NCBI GenBank assembly: GCA_976551045.1 | Contig: CDPCPM010000076.1 | Location: forward strand, 26,226,001-26,290,000 | Direction: 5' to 3' | DNA length: 64,000 bases | Source: Glaucostegus cemiculus | Taxonomy: Eukaryota | In this document: positions 39,501-53,795 of the stretch, in pieces | Layout: every line of letters begins with the position of its first letter | Numbering within the stretch: position 1 is the stretch's first letter | Program-made: the position numbers and the translations under genes | The notes under the pieces: generated by a model | The model's database searches: none | Seen by the model: the letters and a program-made list of their open reading frames with translations, nothing else | Told to the model about the DNA's origin: nothing

Positions 39501-41821
39501 GTTCTTTTTGGTTGTATATTGGATGCAGAAGGCCAGGGGAGCCAGTCCAAGAACACAGCTGTAAAGGCTGGTGAACTAATTGCTTTGCCTTCCGCCTCCT
39601 CATTCATCTTCATTCTTCACCAGTTACAGAAAATTATCAATATTCTCAGTTGTATTTCATCCTTAATCCCTTTTTTGTGCAGCATTAGGCACTGCCAGAT
39701 GATTCCTTGGCAGGAGTCGGGGTGAAGAGCCATGAAATGCCACTTCTGGCAGATGGCATTGCTCAGAAGAAATATGACAAACACATGCAATTTGTTAGTG
39801 AGCTCTGGTATTACTAGCAATGCGAGCTTTCATAATCACCCAAGTGGTGTTATGGTGCAAAGGTATGGAAAGCTAGGATTTTAGATAAGAACTGTCATGA
39901 AAATGCTGAACAAAATAGACCCACATACACAGCTTATTCCTGCCCAATCAGTACAAGGACTCCACCACACAGACCTATGAAGATCCCATCTTCAGTTCAG
40001 TCCAGTGCAGAGACAAAGAAATACCCTTGTGACAGAACAGCCATGTGTTACATTGTTAAAATGTGGCCGCATGAGTTCCTATCAGTGCCCAAGGGGCTGT
40101 TTATCCTGCTGCAAATGGGTCATCATACTAATTACTTTTGCAGAGTTGTCTGATGAATTCTCACTACAACACAACACAGGTTTTTATTTTCTAAAGGTAA
40201 TCCTGAAACTCATTGACTGGACATGGAGATATCATGCTAACGGAGCAAAAGCAAAGTATGTGAAAGGGAAAGGTTTCCCACATTAAATTTAAGGAGCATT
40301 TTCCTCTTTAAACAATAGGCTACGATATCAGCAAATGTCAGCACTACACTTTTAATGGTCTTATTCTTGAAGAGGAAGTTGGATATAAATCAGATTTGAA
40401 GATATATGGCAGTAAAATCTGACAATTTTTTAGTGCAATGCACATCATTGGTCAAAAGTAATTCCATGGGTTCCGAACAATTTCCTCAGAGAGTGTAACT
40501 TTCCATTTAATAAACTGCACTTAATATAGATACATTTCTATACAATTGCAATACTCCATGCATCACACAACCTTTGAGAAAGCTGACAATGAGCACCGTC
40601 ACAAAGTCACCAGACCAGTGCTCACAAATGAGTAACTTGAGAGAAATGGCTATAATTGTATTTGATTACCTTGGCAGGCAATAAGGCAATATTTCTGAAT
40701 AATTTAAGCCCCTGCATGTGCAGCAATTTATGTTTGGATATAAAGCACTTAATTGCAATTGCCAATGGAATATTACAGTGTTGGTTCAGCTTGATGCAAA
40801 CACCTTCATTACAGTAAGCCAGAGCCAAAGTAAAAGTTGCACCTGAAGCCCTCTGGGCAAGAACATGTTTGTTTGAATTTCTACATACACATGCACCGAA
40901 AGCAATATGGGAGAACACACTCTTGCCTGAGACTAGGGGAGCTGGGAGTCTATGTTTGCATGATCGACAGGTGCAATACACTTTGTTTTGCAATATCCCA
41001 GGAAAATTACATTTAATCCCTCGAGATCTATAAACTCCGTCATTACAAAAAAGATATTTTAGCCAATGTTCATGAGACAAACCTAGTAAAATGTTCAAAA
41101 TTCTATTTGTGCCCACATATATAATAAAAGCACTAACATTTCTGTCTGTCTTCCATTAGTGGTGAATCCAAACTTTAATTAGTGTGTTGTTGGTTTTGAA
41201 TGGGATAATTTTAGGGCTTCCCAGTAAAACTGTCTTCAGCTTCATGCACATGTCACTAACCTTACCTCAAGAGTGCTGCATCATTGAACTGGATTTTGCA
41301 GTAGCTATGATAGCAAGGCTAACAGGTCTCACCATTACTTATGCTTGAATTGGAGAGCAATTTACAGAAACCCCACATGAGCTTTAACCAGGGGATCAGG
41401 AAGCTGTTGGCTGAGTTGTCTTGCTCCTCCAGAAAGCGTACTATAATATTAACCCACTGAAAAACTTGCCATTTGAAATAGTGTGTGATATAAAATTGCT
41501 GGTGTACACAAACTGAACCCAACGAATGAATACTTCATTCCAGATTGAGTACCCTTGAAACAATGTGATGAATCTTGATAACTGTCAATCATTTTTTCTG
41601 ACTTTCATTGATGGCCTGCTGCTGAAATGCAAGGGTAACTCTTCTTCCAACTTGATTCCTCTTAGAGTAGAGTTTGTTAGCTGCTAATTCAGGTTTATTG
41701 CAAATTGCAGAAGAAAAATGGCAGATTAACTCATAAATAGGAGTTAAATCTGATTTATTAGAAGTTTCACTTATGATGCTAGGATAGTTTAAAAAGAAAT
41801 AGTGACTATTAGCATCTACAG

Positions 41822-42010
41822 AGCACTGCCAGGGGTAGTAGTGGAGGCAGACTCAACTGTGCATTCACAAGGGAGCTGGACAAGTTCATGAAAGGAAAAT
41901 AATTTGCAGTGGTATGGGAAGAGGACAGGGAGTGGCCCTTATTGGATTGCTTTTGCATGGAGCCAGCATGGATACTAGGCCAAATGGTCTCTTTATGTTG
42001 TAACCTTAAT
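41822..42010 (+). mobile_element. CR1 LINE 3' end (old)
   Basis: GCACTGCCAGGGGTAGTAGTGGAGGCAGAC...ATTCACAAGGGAGCTGGACAAG...GGCCAAATGGTCTCTTTATGTTGTAA. Confidence 0.7.
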
Positions 42011-44871
42011 GACCCTGCATTAACTTGACTTAAGGAAAGTAATTCAGGATAACTTCAATAATAAAGTAATGATGTAGATAATCCTCAATTCAGAAGTGTG
42101 TAAAATTATAGAATATTTTTAAATTATGGGCGCTGGAAGCCCATGAAGATATAGCTTAAGAATACAGTGAGGTCATTTACCTGTGCCAGTGAGCATGGTA
42201 GTGAAAAACATTGTATATTTCCTTTACCTTAAACAATATAATGAGGCAGATTTTGCTGCAGCAGAGTATGTAACATTGCCGACCATTGCTTATAGTTGCC
42301 TTTGCACTCTTTAGTTCAAAATAATATATTTGACCCACAAAGTTGCTGGTAAAGCAGGCTGAAAAGCAGTGCAGCAAAATTAAACTGTGCATCAGGGATT
42401 TAAGTGAAAAAAGAGAAATGAACAGGTTATCTCATTGACCAGTAAGGTACAAGGACTGGGAAATAAACAGTAGAAGCACCAAGAAGAAGGGCAAATTTAA
42501 GTGAATTCAATGTCAAATTAGTTACAGAAAGAAAGAGAGAGAGAGAAAGAAATATTAGATTGAAGGAGTGAATTTTTTTTTGTTTGTAGAACTAATATTA
42601 TAAAATGGATTAGGTGTATAGTCATTTTGGGGTTGCACCAATGACCATTTTGACTGTGAAGCTGCTACTGGAAATTCAGACACCACTGATTTATCACCAT
42701 AGTTCTTCAGTGAAGGAGAGCACAGTGTGTGGGACCAAGATCATGGCCATGGGATTTGTGCAAGGGGGAAAAGAAAGGAGCCAGCAGCTTGAAGGCGTGA
42801 TTGGGAGTGCTTTACTCATCAGGAGGTAATCAACTTCAGGGTGTTGGAAGGGTGTGAAGGCACAACCTGAAGTATTTAAGGATGGGATTTACCTCAGCAG
42901 GGTCCCAAGTACAGAACTACACTATGAAAATATGGCTGTCCCAGACTGACCAATTACAGTTGTTTTTGGGAAAACCTTATCTAATTTCTCTCAGACTGTG
43001 TGTTGTACAGAGAATGGCATCACCCAATATCACGTCAAACATGCGGTGATTCTTCCTGAAATGGTTGCTACTGTGCTTCACTCCATACATTTTCAATTGT
43101 ATAAAAATAAATCACTATGTAATTAAATTCCTACACCAAATGTTATTAAAAAAAATCACAACCTGAATAAACAGGACTTGACATTTTATTTGTTTCACAG
43201 TTAGAGTGATTGGTAGCCATTAATTCCTGGCTCCTTAAATATATCTACACTGGCAATATTAGCCTTAATTATCTGTGTGGTGGGTTTAGTTTGCATCTTA
43301 AGGCAACTGCAATGTCTCGCTATTATCAGGGACTAAGTTGCTGTTTTCACAAAGCTAATGACAAATTGGACATGAAATTTAGCTTATTTGTGCCAAATGG
43401 TACCTCTGCTCCTTGCTTGAAGTTGCTCTACCATTTATGTATAAATAATGGTGAGGATCATTAGCCTGAAACATTTTGACAGAGAAATCTGGCCTCTTGT
43501 TTCTTCAAAATAACAAAGTTCAATATACTTATAATACCCACATGTATCATATATCTGTGTCAGGAAATTCAGGATACTTCTGCCAACCTATTCAAATCTC
43601 ATGTAGAACTTCAGATGAAAATAGTGCCCCTATCCACATCAATCTCTTTCAGTAGCTTAGATCTAGATATTGAATAAATATAGACTTGTTGCTTACTTTT
43701 TCCTTCTATTTTACACAACACGCTTAGTGTAGTTAAAATTCACAAGAACTTAAACATGGCAATCTGTTCCATGCATAATTCCCCCCCCCCCCTTTTTTTG
43801 TCCATTAATACTAAACAGATTTAATGGCATATTCACACCTATATTTTGTATCAAACAGGTAGAACCTAAATTAACTCAATCTGGGCACCTGCTTGTAGTT
43901 ATATAACCCCTTTAATATAGCAAAATATCCCAAAAACATCAAAATTCCTTGGGCTCATGCTGTCAATCCCCAATTAAGCTGAGACTCTTTGCAAGATTTT
44001 CCTACAGTTGGCCACTTTGAATATTTTTTCCAGAACTGCAAGCGTGTTCTCTCAACCCTAGGTATAAAATATGCACCAATGTGGATGTCCAGCAGCACAA
44101 TCCATGGAGAAAGAGAATGGGGGCAGCTTGATTAATGGAGGAGAGCTGTAAACACATCCTTAAGATTGAACAAAGATGTGACCGACGCTATACCAATCTC
44201 CTCATGTCTCCATTCTTACTGTCCAGTTCTAGTTCACCACTAATTCCTGATTCTTATCTGTAGTTTCTGTTTTAACTCAAATATTGTGATGTTTAAGTCT
44301 ACTTGTTCTTGGATACTGTACAACATCAGGTACACTTTATCACATCACACTGTCCTTCAGTGACAATTATAGGACACCTTGCAATTAGATTCACAAGATT
44401 AAATGTTTAGGAATACAGGTATGGATTTAAATATTCATTTCTTGATATCAATCTTTTAAATGCTGAGTGTTATGATAATATCTTCACACACTTGACCGAT
44501 GGTTAAATATGGTTATAATGACCACCGTAGTGTGTTTTATGCTGGAATGGTTGTCAGAAAGCTGATTACAACATGAGGTACAGCTGAGTGCTTTCATCAG
44601 TTTGAATCTCTTATATCAGCATAATCCAGACTGGAACATTAATTATTACTACCATTAATAGATAGATTGTGATGCAAGCACTGAACTACAGTTAAGCTCA
44701 TTCTAGAAATACTGGCTTTCAACATACATTAAACATCCCTGGCTTCAAATGGAATTACCATGATTTGATAATCTCTCTCAGTGCACAATGAGGGAATAAT
44801 TCCAGTGGTTTAGAGAATACCAACAGCAATGGGGATTGCTAAAGCCATATTATCATTAAAGTTTTTGATGT

Positions 44872-45080
44872 AAAATACTGCAGATGTTGGAATAAAAATG
44901 GGGAAACCTAGAAATGCTCAGACATGTGGAGAGAGAAAAAAACAAAGTTATCATTTCAGGTCTATGACCTTTCAGTAAGATTATTTTAATGAAAGGTTAT
45001 CAATCTGAAATGTCAACTGTGTATCTCTCTCCACAGGTGCTGCCTGACTTGCTGAGTATTTCCAGCATTTTGCACTTTCA
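44872..45080. mobile_element. Fold-back element with two opposed hammerhead-like cores
   Basis: TGTGGAGAGAGA...GTTATCATTTCAGGTCTATGACCTTTCA is mirrored by TGAAAGGTTATCAATCTGAAATGTCAACTGTGTATCTCTCTCCACA, followed by GCTGCCTGACTTGCTGAGTATTTCCAGCA. Confidence 0.72.
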
Positions 45081-46654
45081 TTAAAGCTTTGGATGAGGGG
45101 ATTAAAAAAAAAATCACCTTTGGGAAAGTAGCAGGAAATTCAAGTGCATTTTTGGATTATCTCAGCACAACAAAATAGTTGACTAATTGGGCTGGATTCT
45201 CTACTTTGCAGTGTTGTTTAGAACTTTGATTCACAGCTCTGACATGCCATAATCTTGATCTGGTTCTTGGTTAGAAGTCATCATTACTTGGGTCCTAGTG
45301 ATATTACAGTGGTTCACAAGGAGCAGACTGCCCTCAGTTTAAGATTCTTCCTCAAAAACAAACATAGCACAATGATTTTGACCACAGAACTGATTTTTAT
45401 TTAAAAATCCAAAGTCTAAACCTGATCAAGTCTTTTGTGTACACAGAAGCCAATTTAGTAAATTCATTCTGGATTTTGGAAGCCACTAGGTGCGAATAAT
45501 AATATTAAATAACTTGTATTACATGCCCTGTCATAATGTGAGCAAAATTTCTTTGTGCATTTGAGGCCTGCTTCATCATTAGTTTAAGGGAAGCAAGCTT
45601 ACCTATTCTGCTGTTGTGGTATCAGGTGTTTGTGGTCTTTTGTTTAGGCCCTTCTTTTAAGTATTTTCCTCAAGGTTTGCTCCCACATCTCTATCCTTGT
45701 TGATATCCTTAAGGCCCCATACTGTCCCACAGTCCAATCACATGTCCAACAATTCCCCTGGTTTCCATTTCCATCCCCCAATTTCAGGTCCCATTGTCAC
45801 TTCTCCCACCCTACTCCATTATCCCAGGGCATCCCTCTGCAGAGAATGGTATGCAAACAAATATGTAATTTGGGAGTATCCCCACTAAACTAGAGTTCCC
45901 CTACCCTCTCATGCAGTACCACCTTAATACATCTTTTCTGGTGCAGTACTTCTAGATCAATGTGTTAGATTTGTTTGGCTTTAGGTAAGATTAAGACACT
46001 ATTGGTACAAAATGGAGGGATAGGAAGCCTCTGCTCCATTTATAGGACCCTACAGATCTACATTTATTGTGTTGAACCTACAGCACATTCCATCTGGTGG
46101 ACTTGAGCTTTAGCTCGGGTAGAAAGGGGGGTGAGAGCAGGAGACCAGACCCCAGCTCTTTCCAATATTTACATAAAATGAGTGGGGAAAGGCAACCTAC
46201 ACACGTCCTTACTGTAGGGAAAAGAAATCTAGAACTGATGGAAGATTTTATGATTATATTTTCTCCTTTTTTGCCATTATCCCATTCCCTACTCTAGCGC
46301 TTCATTTCAGACTATTGACAAATTGGGAGTGCTTAGTAATAACATATGAGGCAGAAATACCCTGTGCAAACATTGAGGACATCTTTCCCAAATGCAGATA
46401 AAGCAAAGCCCCAGATTAAACAAAGAAAGAGTTGTGGTAATTAGAAAACCAAACTGGTTGAAGATTTCCTGTATTTGCTTTAGCTAATCAAGTTGTAAAC
46501 CTAATGGTTATAAATACATTTTTCCTGCTTTTTTTTAGAATGATCAAAGGTATTACTCCTCAAAAGTTCAGTGAATGGCTTAGATATAAGCAATGCCCTG
46601 TAATTTATTTACTGACATTTCCTGTCCTATTGTAATTATACAAATGATCAAATG

Positions 46655-46957
46655 ACTTTTTCCCAGTGCAACAATGGCTAACACAAGGGGACATAATTTA
46701 AAGGTGATTGGAGGAATGTATAAGGGGGATGTCTGGTAAGTTTTTAACCCAGAGGGTGGTGAGTGGGCAGAGGTTGTGGGGGCAGATAGATTAGGGACAT
46801 TTAAGAGACTCTTAGATAAACAGATGAATGATAGAAAAATAGGGAGCTATGTGGGAGGGAAGGGTTAGATAGATCTTAGAGCAGGATAAAATGTTGGCAC
46901 AACATTGTGGGCCAAAGGGCCTGTACTGTGCTGTAGTGTTCTATGTTCAATGTTCTA
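46655..46957 (+). mobile_element. CR1 LINE 3' end
   Basis: TTTTTCCCAG...GGGGACATAATTTAAAGGTG...CAGAGGGTGGTGAGTG...GGGCCAAAGGGCCTGTACTGTGCTGTAGTGTTCTATGTTCAATGTTCTA, ending in a tandem tail. Confidence 0.88.
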
Positions 46958-49900
46958 TCACAGCTCACACAAGAACAAAACACAATATCCTGAATCTAGA
47001 AATCTGATGTCACCTAAGAAGTGCTTTAATGTCAATGATGTATATCTCCATCCCTGTACTGTTCATACCTTCAACTGTTCACATAAGTGTGTGTGTGTGT
47101 GCACAAGGTATAAGATGAATAGGAATCCCATTGATTGCAACTACTCAGTCAACCTGCTTTGCAGAACCATGCTCACTTTAGCTGGTAAATGGGAAGTAAT
47201 ATCCTTATGGATTTATGGTTTGAGGGCTTGTCCCCATAGGTTCAGAATACTAGTTACTGGTACACTGGGGACCAATTATTGGTAACCATGACCTATGGCT
47301 CAGTTAGATAGCTGGAGAGTTAGGCACGGCATCTTGATGTTAAGTGTCACTTATTACTGTAATAATCCAAAACAGTACAAGTGGGTTTGAGGCTCAAATC
47401 CATCAGTTGTTGGAAATGCACAATACTACTTACTGACTGTACACATTATTTCAAAAGTTTTCATGAGCTAGAATTTTTCTGAGCTCATAGGTAGACAATT
47501 CAAGATTATATTCTTACAAGCTACACAATCTCCTTGGATTGAAGTAACAAATGAGTTCCTGCGATCCAAAGCCTTTTTGTAAATGAGTAGATACCAGGGA
47601 AGGTCAAGGGTTTCAGTACAAAGAACTGCAGAATAAAGGCAAAATTATAAACTGACTTCCTTTCATCTGAAGAATCGTTTTGAAAAACAGGTTCCCCTTG
47701 AATTGGCTTAGTTGTTCTGATTTATTGAAAAAGCATGCTTTTCAATATTTTCAATGTTTTTATGCAGATCGTTGTTGGTTAAATATCGCAATATCATCTG
47801 GGTTTGATCATTAACTTCATTATTTGGGAAAAATCCTTGATAAATATTTAGTCATGTTGCTTTCGATTTTCTTTGCTGGCTTCTGGAGTTTCAAGTTATT
47901 TTGATAGATGTTACTGAGATCAACTGCAAATTAAGTGTTTGCCTCCATTTCCAGTTTCAGGAACAAATACAAAGTGCGATGAAGTTCTGCTGCAAGTTTA
48001 ACTGTGAAGAACATAACAAAGCCCTCGTCACTTGTGTTTTATTCAGGAACCAGGTTTACAATCAGTATTCACATCAGTGCATAATATAGGGGATCTTGCA
48101 CTGATCACAATCAGTCATTTTGAAGAAAGGTGGCCAGATCAAGCACTTGATGTGTGCGGTGGTTCCATAGAGAACTACCAACTGTCCACCCTACTTTCAA
48201 CATGTCATTGACTAAGGAGAAGTTGGAGATGTACAGGAGGTCAGATGCCAGTGTATTGGACCTCACATTCTGCTGCTGGACCCAGAAGCAGAGTACAGTG
48301 GTCATTTAGCATCTGGTTTCTTGGCTTTATCCCAACCATGCTGACTTACTATCATTTGAATGGAGTCGGCAACCTTCATTAAAAAGAATAAGTTCAAGTT
48401 AAGTTTTGTGTTTCAGTTCACTTTATATTTTAATTACAAATGTTTAATGCATTTTAAATTTAAAAAAATTCTAAATGTAGTTATCTCCATCTAAACTTTT
48501 TAAATGTCTTTGAATATCAGAGTTATCAAGGGCCATGAGGGTGGCCTTGGACGCAGAGCCTAAGGTTTCATCACTTGACACCAGGTCAATATTTGTAGCT
48601 ATGGGGATCACGTGTGTGAACGCGAGCTTCACCATGATCCGCTGCACTATTTTTCTAGTGGTAGTTTGCACCGGTTACAGGCAGAGTCAAAGTCTACATC
48701 GACATTTAGAAATTCTATTGTAGCCACAGTATTGATACTTAACATTTGTTCGTAGAAGGTATGAACTCATTACCTAAATTTAAATTATTACAAGATTTCT
48801 TACAAAACATGATTTTTGTTTTTACCATGAGACTGAAGATCCAGCAGGTTAAAGACATACTTTTAAGTATAAATGGTTTATTGGCCCATATTTATACATA
48901 TGTCTTACCATTCATAAATGGTGGCTTTGTTAATTCTGACCAGGCACAATTTGTAGTATTCCAGGACTTTTATGCCACAAAACATGACAAGGAAGATTTG
49001 TATGAGAAAGTATTCCAACTAACCAAGATTATCCAATCCAGAAAGGCCCTACACTTCAATCATTAAATTATAAACTTGGTTCTTTATTTATTACAGGGAT
49101 TTGCCCACTATTATTCCATATGAGTCTATTCCAAGTATTAATTGCACTGAAAAATTGCTTTCCAAAAAACCTTGTTTTTGTTACTCCATGTTACTCAATG
49201 TTCTGTATGCAACTCTTTACATACTTCTTCACCGGCCAAAAGCTCAGTAGAAGTATTAATAAAATATTAACTCTGCACTGTATTGCAAGTCTGACATAGA
49301 GTTGTCCAGTTTCAGATTTAGTCTAAATGTTAAACTACAATAAAAGGTAGTCTATTGTTTCTTTAAGGTCAGAAGGTTATAATTAATACAGCATGACAAT
49401 ATCACTCTGCAAGCATCCAGTGAATTATGGATGTCAAGGTGACAGCACATTTGCCTCAGGTATTTACCAGAGCCATTAGTGTTGCTGTAGGCACTCTCTG
49501 CCTATTAAGAATGTTCCCTTATGTAATAGTCAGAACTCTACAGAGAAGAAATTTAATTCATATTATCATTGAAAATAATCAGTCTTCAAATCTGTAATGA
49601 AAAACACCACCTGCTTGTTTACCCACAGATCTCTCTCTGCATAATGAGCAATCTCATGCACATTGATTTTAAGATTTCTCTATTACCAATTTAATGTGTT
49701 CTCATTTTAAACATGATGCACCAGTATGCAATAAAAATATTAATTTCCAACATGACTACTGCGCTGAGTATTACTGGTACATTGTGTTCAAACAACTGAA
49801 TAGCTATATTACTATAACACTTAAATAATTGGAAGAAGATTGAAAAAAAGAAAAAAAGTTGGAGCATTTTATACAATTTATATCACATGGTAGAACACAT

Positions 49901-51260
49901 TTCTTTGATCCTGTACATTTATAAGTCTAGACTATCATAAAAATGTGAATAATAGAAAAATCCTGATGAATATTAAACCAGGTTATTATTTATTACAGTG
50001 CCCATGATAGTTGTTATGGCTATAGTAATGCCATTCACATAAATATTACTTTATGATGTCCAAGTTTCTTTTGGAGATATTTTCAATTATTTACCATTGC
50101 CAGTATTCTTTACTATGAATATCTAATTTGTATTGGAAACAGTTTGAAAACGATGCTTTGATAAATAACCAAGTGTATATTTGGAAATTCTAGGAATATT
50201 TGGAGAATGGATAAAATGAAACTTCATTTTTGATAATATTAGACACTGCAGAAGAAAATCTATATCACAAGTATTTAAATTCATCTGATTTTTTTCATGA
50301 AATTGATATAACCACTCCTATTATGGTTGCCCATTAAGACCACAAATATACATAAATAGAATGAAGAGCATCTTGCTGTCCTTATGGCACTTTGCCAATA
50401 TATTGGCACCACAATACAGTGGTATATGTCAAACAAAGGTCACATCCTATCTAAACTGACTGCTGTTATTTCAGAGAACTCGCATTTCACAGGTTACTTA
50501 GTAAAGATGGCCAAAAGGTGTTCAAAAATGCTGATGTTTTAAAAGGGAAATTCTAGTGATGGAGGTGATTGGAGTCATAGATAACTGATGTCTCAGTGGT
50601 GCTGCCTATGATTATGCTGTATTGCTAGATTATCAGGTGTATGGGTAGGACGTGTTCCAATTTGTAATTTTCTCCCTGTAGCAAAAAAAATTTCTTCAAC
50701 AAAGCTCAACTTTTCTTTGAAGAAAATTACTTAAAACTTATGCAGAACCAACTCAAAATACTTTTATTAGTCTTCCAGCAGTTCCCAAATCAAATATCAC
50801 ATACAAATTAATTGGCTGATGACTAATGAAAACACCTCAAACTTTGAGTGAAGATGCAATGGTATCCAACGATGAAATGTCACTTTAAGAAGCTAAACAT
50901 CCATTTGAGATCAAAGTCTCAGCTGCTGAAAACAAATTGAACAAAAGATAACTTCAGTTCTTAGGCACATGAGGAAACTCATTTAAAGTCTACTTGCTGT
51001 TGGTGTCATGTTGCCTGTTTGCACAACACATATGGGAGTCGCTGCTGATAAACTACAATGCTATAAACAGGAGATGTTATGATAGCCCTCAGATAATTTA
51101 AAACTTAAAGGTATTATTTTACACTCTCTTTGTTTCATATCCACACATTGTTTCAACTGTACTCATGAACCCATTGCTCAGTCTGCCAAGAAAAGGAAGC
51201 ATGTATTCTTCAGTTGTGTTTAATTACCTAATTTATGATCCATTTGTTCATGCACTTCAG

Positions 51261-51416
51261 GTGGATGTGAATCTTCGTGGGACAAAGAGAAACTCCAGTC
51301 ACCCACAACCACAGGGTCACAGCATGTAGTCAACCATGCCACATTGTCTGGTCAACACAATCTTGCAGCCACACACCCGCTTAGCCCACTCCAGCAGAAT
51401 CACCTTATAGCCAACA
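51261..51416 (+). CDS. DACH2: Dachshund homolog 2, internal coding exon (156 nt, phase 1-1); absent from the ORF track
   Basis: Acceptor tgcacttcag and donor A|gtaagc. Encodes (G)GCESSWDKEKLQSPTTTGSQHVVNHATLSGQHNLAATHPLSPLQQNHLIAN(R), matching recalled DACH2 ESSWDK.K.QSP...PLQQNHL. In frame with both neighbouring exons. Confidence 0.92.
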
Positions 51417-53777
51417 GTAAGCATAGTCTGCATGCAACTTTTTTTTTCTAGGCCTGCAAGGACTTGCTAGTATTTGCACGTGTATGATGGTGTTGGATGA
51501 CTGCCGCAAGGTTAGGAACTCAGTGCACTAAAATGTGTAATGAGTGAACTCCAAACCTCCAAAAGCAAATGAATAGTGTTGGAAAGTATGTACACCTAAA
51601 CAAAATTCTGAAGCAACATTGTACATTTGAAATATACCCCAACACTATAAGGGAGGGGATGGAGTGAGTGGGTAAGAAGAGAAATTCAATAAAATTGCAA
51701 GAAGGCATGTTTTTTTCCTCCACATAACACAACATGCTTCATTGATTCTATATTAAGGGCATTTCAATAATATTAGACACTGTAGCTCAGCTCATGTTAC
51801 AGGTAGAACTCGCAGAGAAATCATCCTTGCAGCTACCTCTTTTGCAAGAATCACAACCACTGATGATAAAGCTTCTCTTGCAGCAAAGCTCCCAAGATGT
51901 TCCCTGATCTGCTGGGTTGGGAGGATTTATAGCCAGTTATGAGCACAGGAATCCTCATTCACAGCAATTAGTATAACACCCATGTGCCTCCTTGGGAACT
52001 TTATACAACTCATCATGTCATCAATAAAATCTGGTACATTAAACTACTATTTGATGCCTATTTGTAAACATTCTATTTATAGGGAGATACAAATACAATT
52101 TAACATTATGATTTATATATGACACACACCCATATGCACTTTCTATACTAGACATTACTGTGGGAGAAAAGATTGAATCTAGCCTTGCTGATATTTGAAA
52201 ACATAGCCCGAATTATAGTGCTTCGTTCCCTGTTAGAGCTACCACAGTATCTTTGATCATGAACCATCAAATAGATATATAAAAATCTCTTTATATTGTT
52301 TGAAAAGAATCACTTTCATCATGCTGTTGTTGGAGAGCTTAAAAATTACAGGGAATAGTTTGAAAAAAAAGGATTTGGAAAGGGGAAAAGAAAGGATCTC
52401 AGATTGCAAAAGAAATTAGTAACAGGCTTCTAAAAATCATTATATTAAGATTGTACTTGCACAAACTAATTAAAGTTGAAAAGAATGAAAATTTGTTATG
52501 TTATCCATCACATCTTGCATGCTGGCCTGTTGTGATCCAACAACTGATGATTGTGTTGTGATTTAGGGTTTTCCTCAATGTCTTTGTCTTATTGACCTTC
52601 CAATTGTAATGTTTTTGCATGAACGAATTGATATTTACTGTCAGAATTGAACCCTTTAAGGCTTTTCCAGTAATTATTCAGATCTGCAGCAGCCAATCAT
52701 CCATGATTAAATGGTTATGACTTTAAATAGTTGATGAGTCAGTCCTTGCTCATCATCTGCTGTCTGTACCCCTGTCAACTACCCTTAACAAATACAGTTG
52801 AATTAGTACCTGGAACAAAACCCTTGATTTGTAACTGCTTCCCTGATTCACTGAGCTAGCCTCATCCCATTAACAGGTCCAGTTCAGCATAGAATTTTTC
52901 ACTGCTTGCCAGGGATTGGTAATATAATAAATCTCAAAGCAGCAGCAAGCTATGTTTACCAGGTTCACGTTGTGTCCATAACTGATTTCTTCGATTGACT
53001 GAGGTGGCAATGCCAAATGTTTGGGGTTGAGTGGGGCAATTTTAGACTATTCCAGGAATCCCATCAGATAGGTCCCTAACAGGTCCAACACTACTCATAT
53101 AACCTCCTTTGACAATTTATTTTCTCTTTATGTATTGGTATCTGATCTGGTAAGAGGTTAGGCAATCTTTGTGATGACCATGGAAAATAATCAACTGATT
53201 TTCACGTTGGTTACATACTCATTTGCCAAGAGTATCATTGGCACATGCACAGGTGCAGCTCTGGGTTGGATGAAAGTCCCAGAAATCAAGAATGGAAGTG
53301 TGGACTTCCAGAGGAATTACTTTTCAATTCTGCTTCTGCCAGTTTTGTATCACAAGAATGAATTGGATAGGTTTGGCAGACAGTTCTCTCTCTAAGTAGA
53401 GGACCATTGTGAAACTTGGATTTTCTACTGGTGGATATCTCAGTTGTGTGGCCATTTACATAAGCTCTCAGCTCCTACGCGATTAATAACTTCATCATTG
53501 GGCAAGGGACCGAGGTGGGGGTAGTGAGCAGTTGCTGTAGTCTGTGATGTGATTTATACACTTTGATGCCCAATCTCAATTTTGAAATCAAAGGAAGGGG
53601 ACCTCCACTTTAGACTTGTTTTAGCTAAGTCTGAAATAATTATTTCTTTCTTTATTTAAACCTAATTAAAACAAAAAAACCCACAAAATGACTACATGTT
53701 TATCATAATTAACCTTGTGCAGTATGGTTGTTGGACCACTCCTTGTCATATTACAGACACTGCTTTTAAATAGAGTT

Positions 53778-53795
53778 TTACCATCTAGTGGTCAT
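53778..53795 (-). promoter_or_regulatory. CTCF-like motif
   Basis: The minus strand reads TGACCACTAGATGGT, matching the CTCF core CCASYAGRKGGC except at the last base. Confidence 0.35.

Noticed and set aside
40622-41116. 164-aa antisense ORF
   Set aside because: It has a non-ATG start and no recognisable domain, and is consistent with a chance ORF in 64 kb.
47724-47746. Short AT-rich palindromes (here, 23051-23078, about 50688-50730) as terminators or functional hairpins
   Set aside because: The context is a eukaryotic intron, and 10-11 bp AT-rich stems are expected by chance or local slippage.
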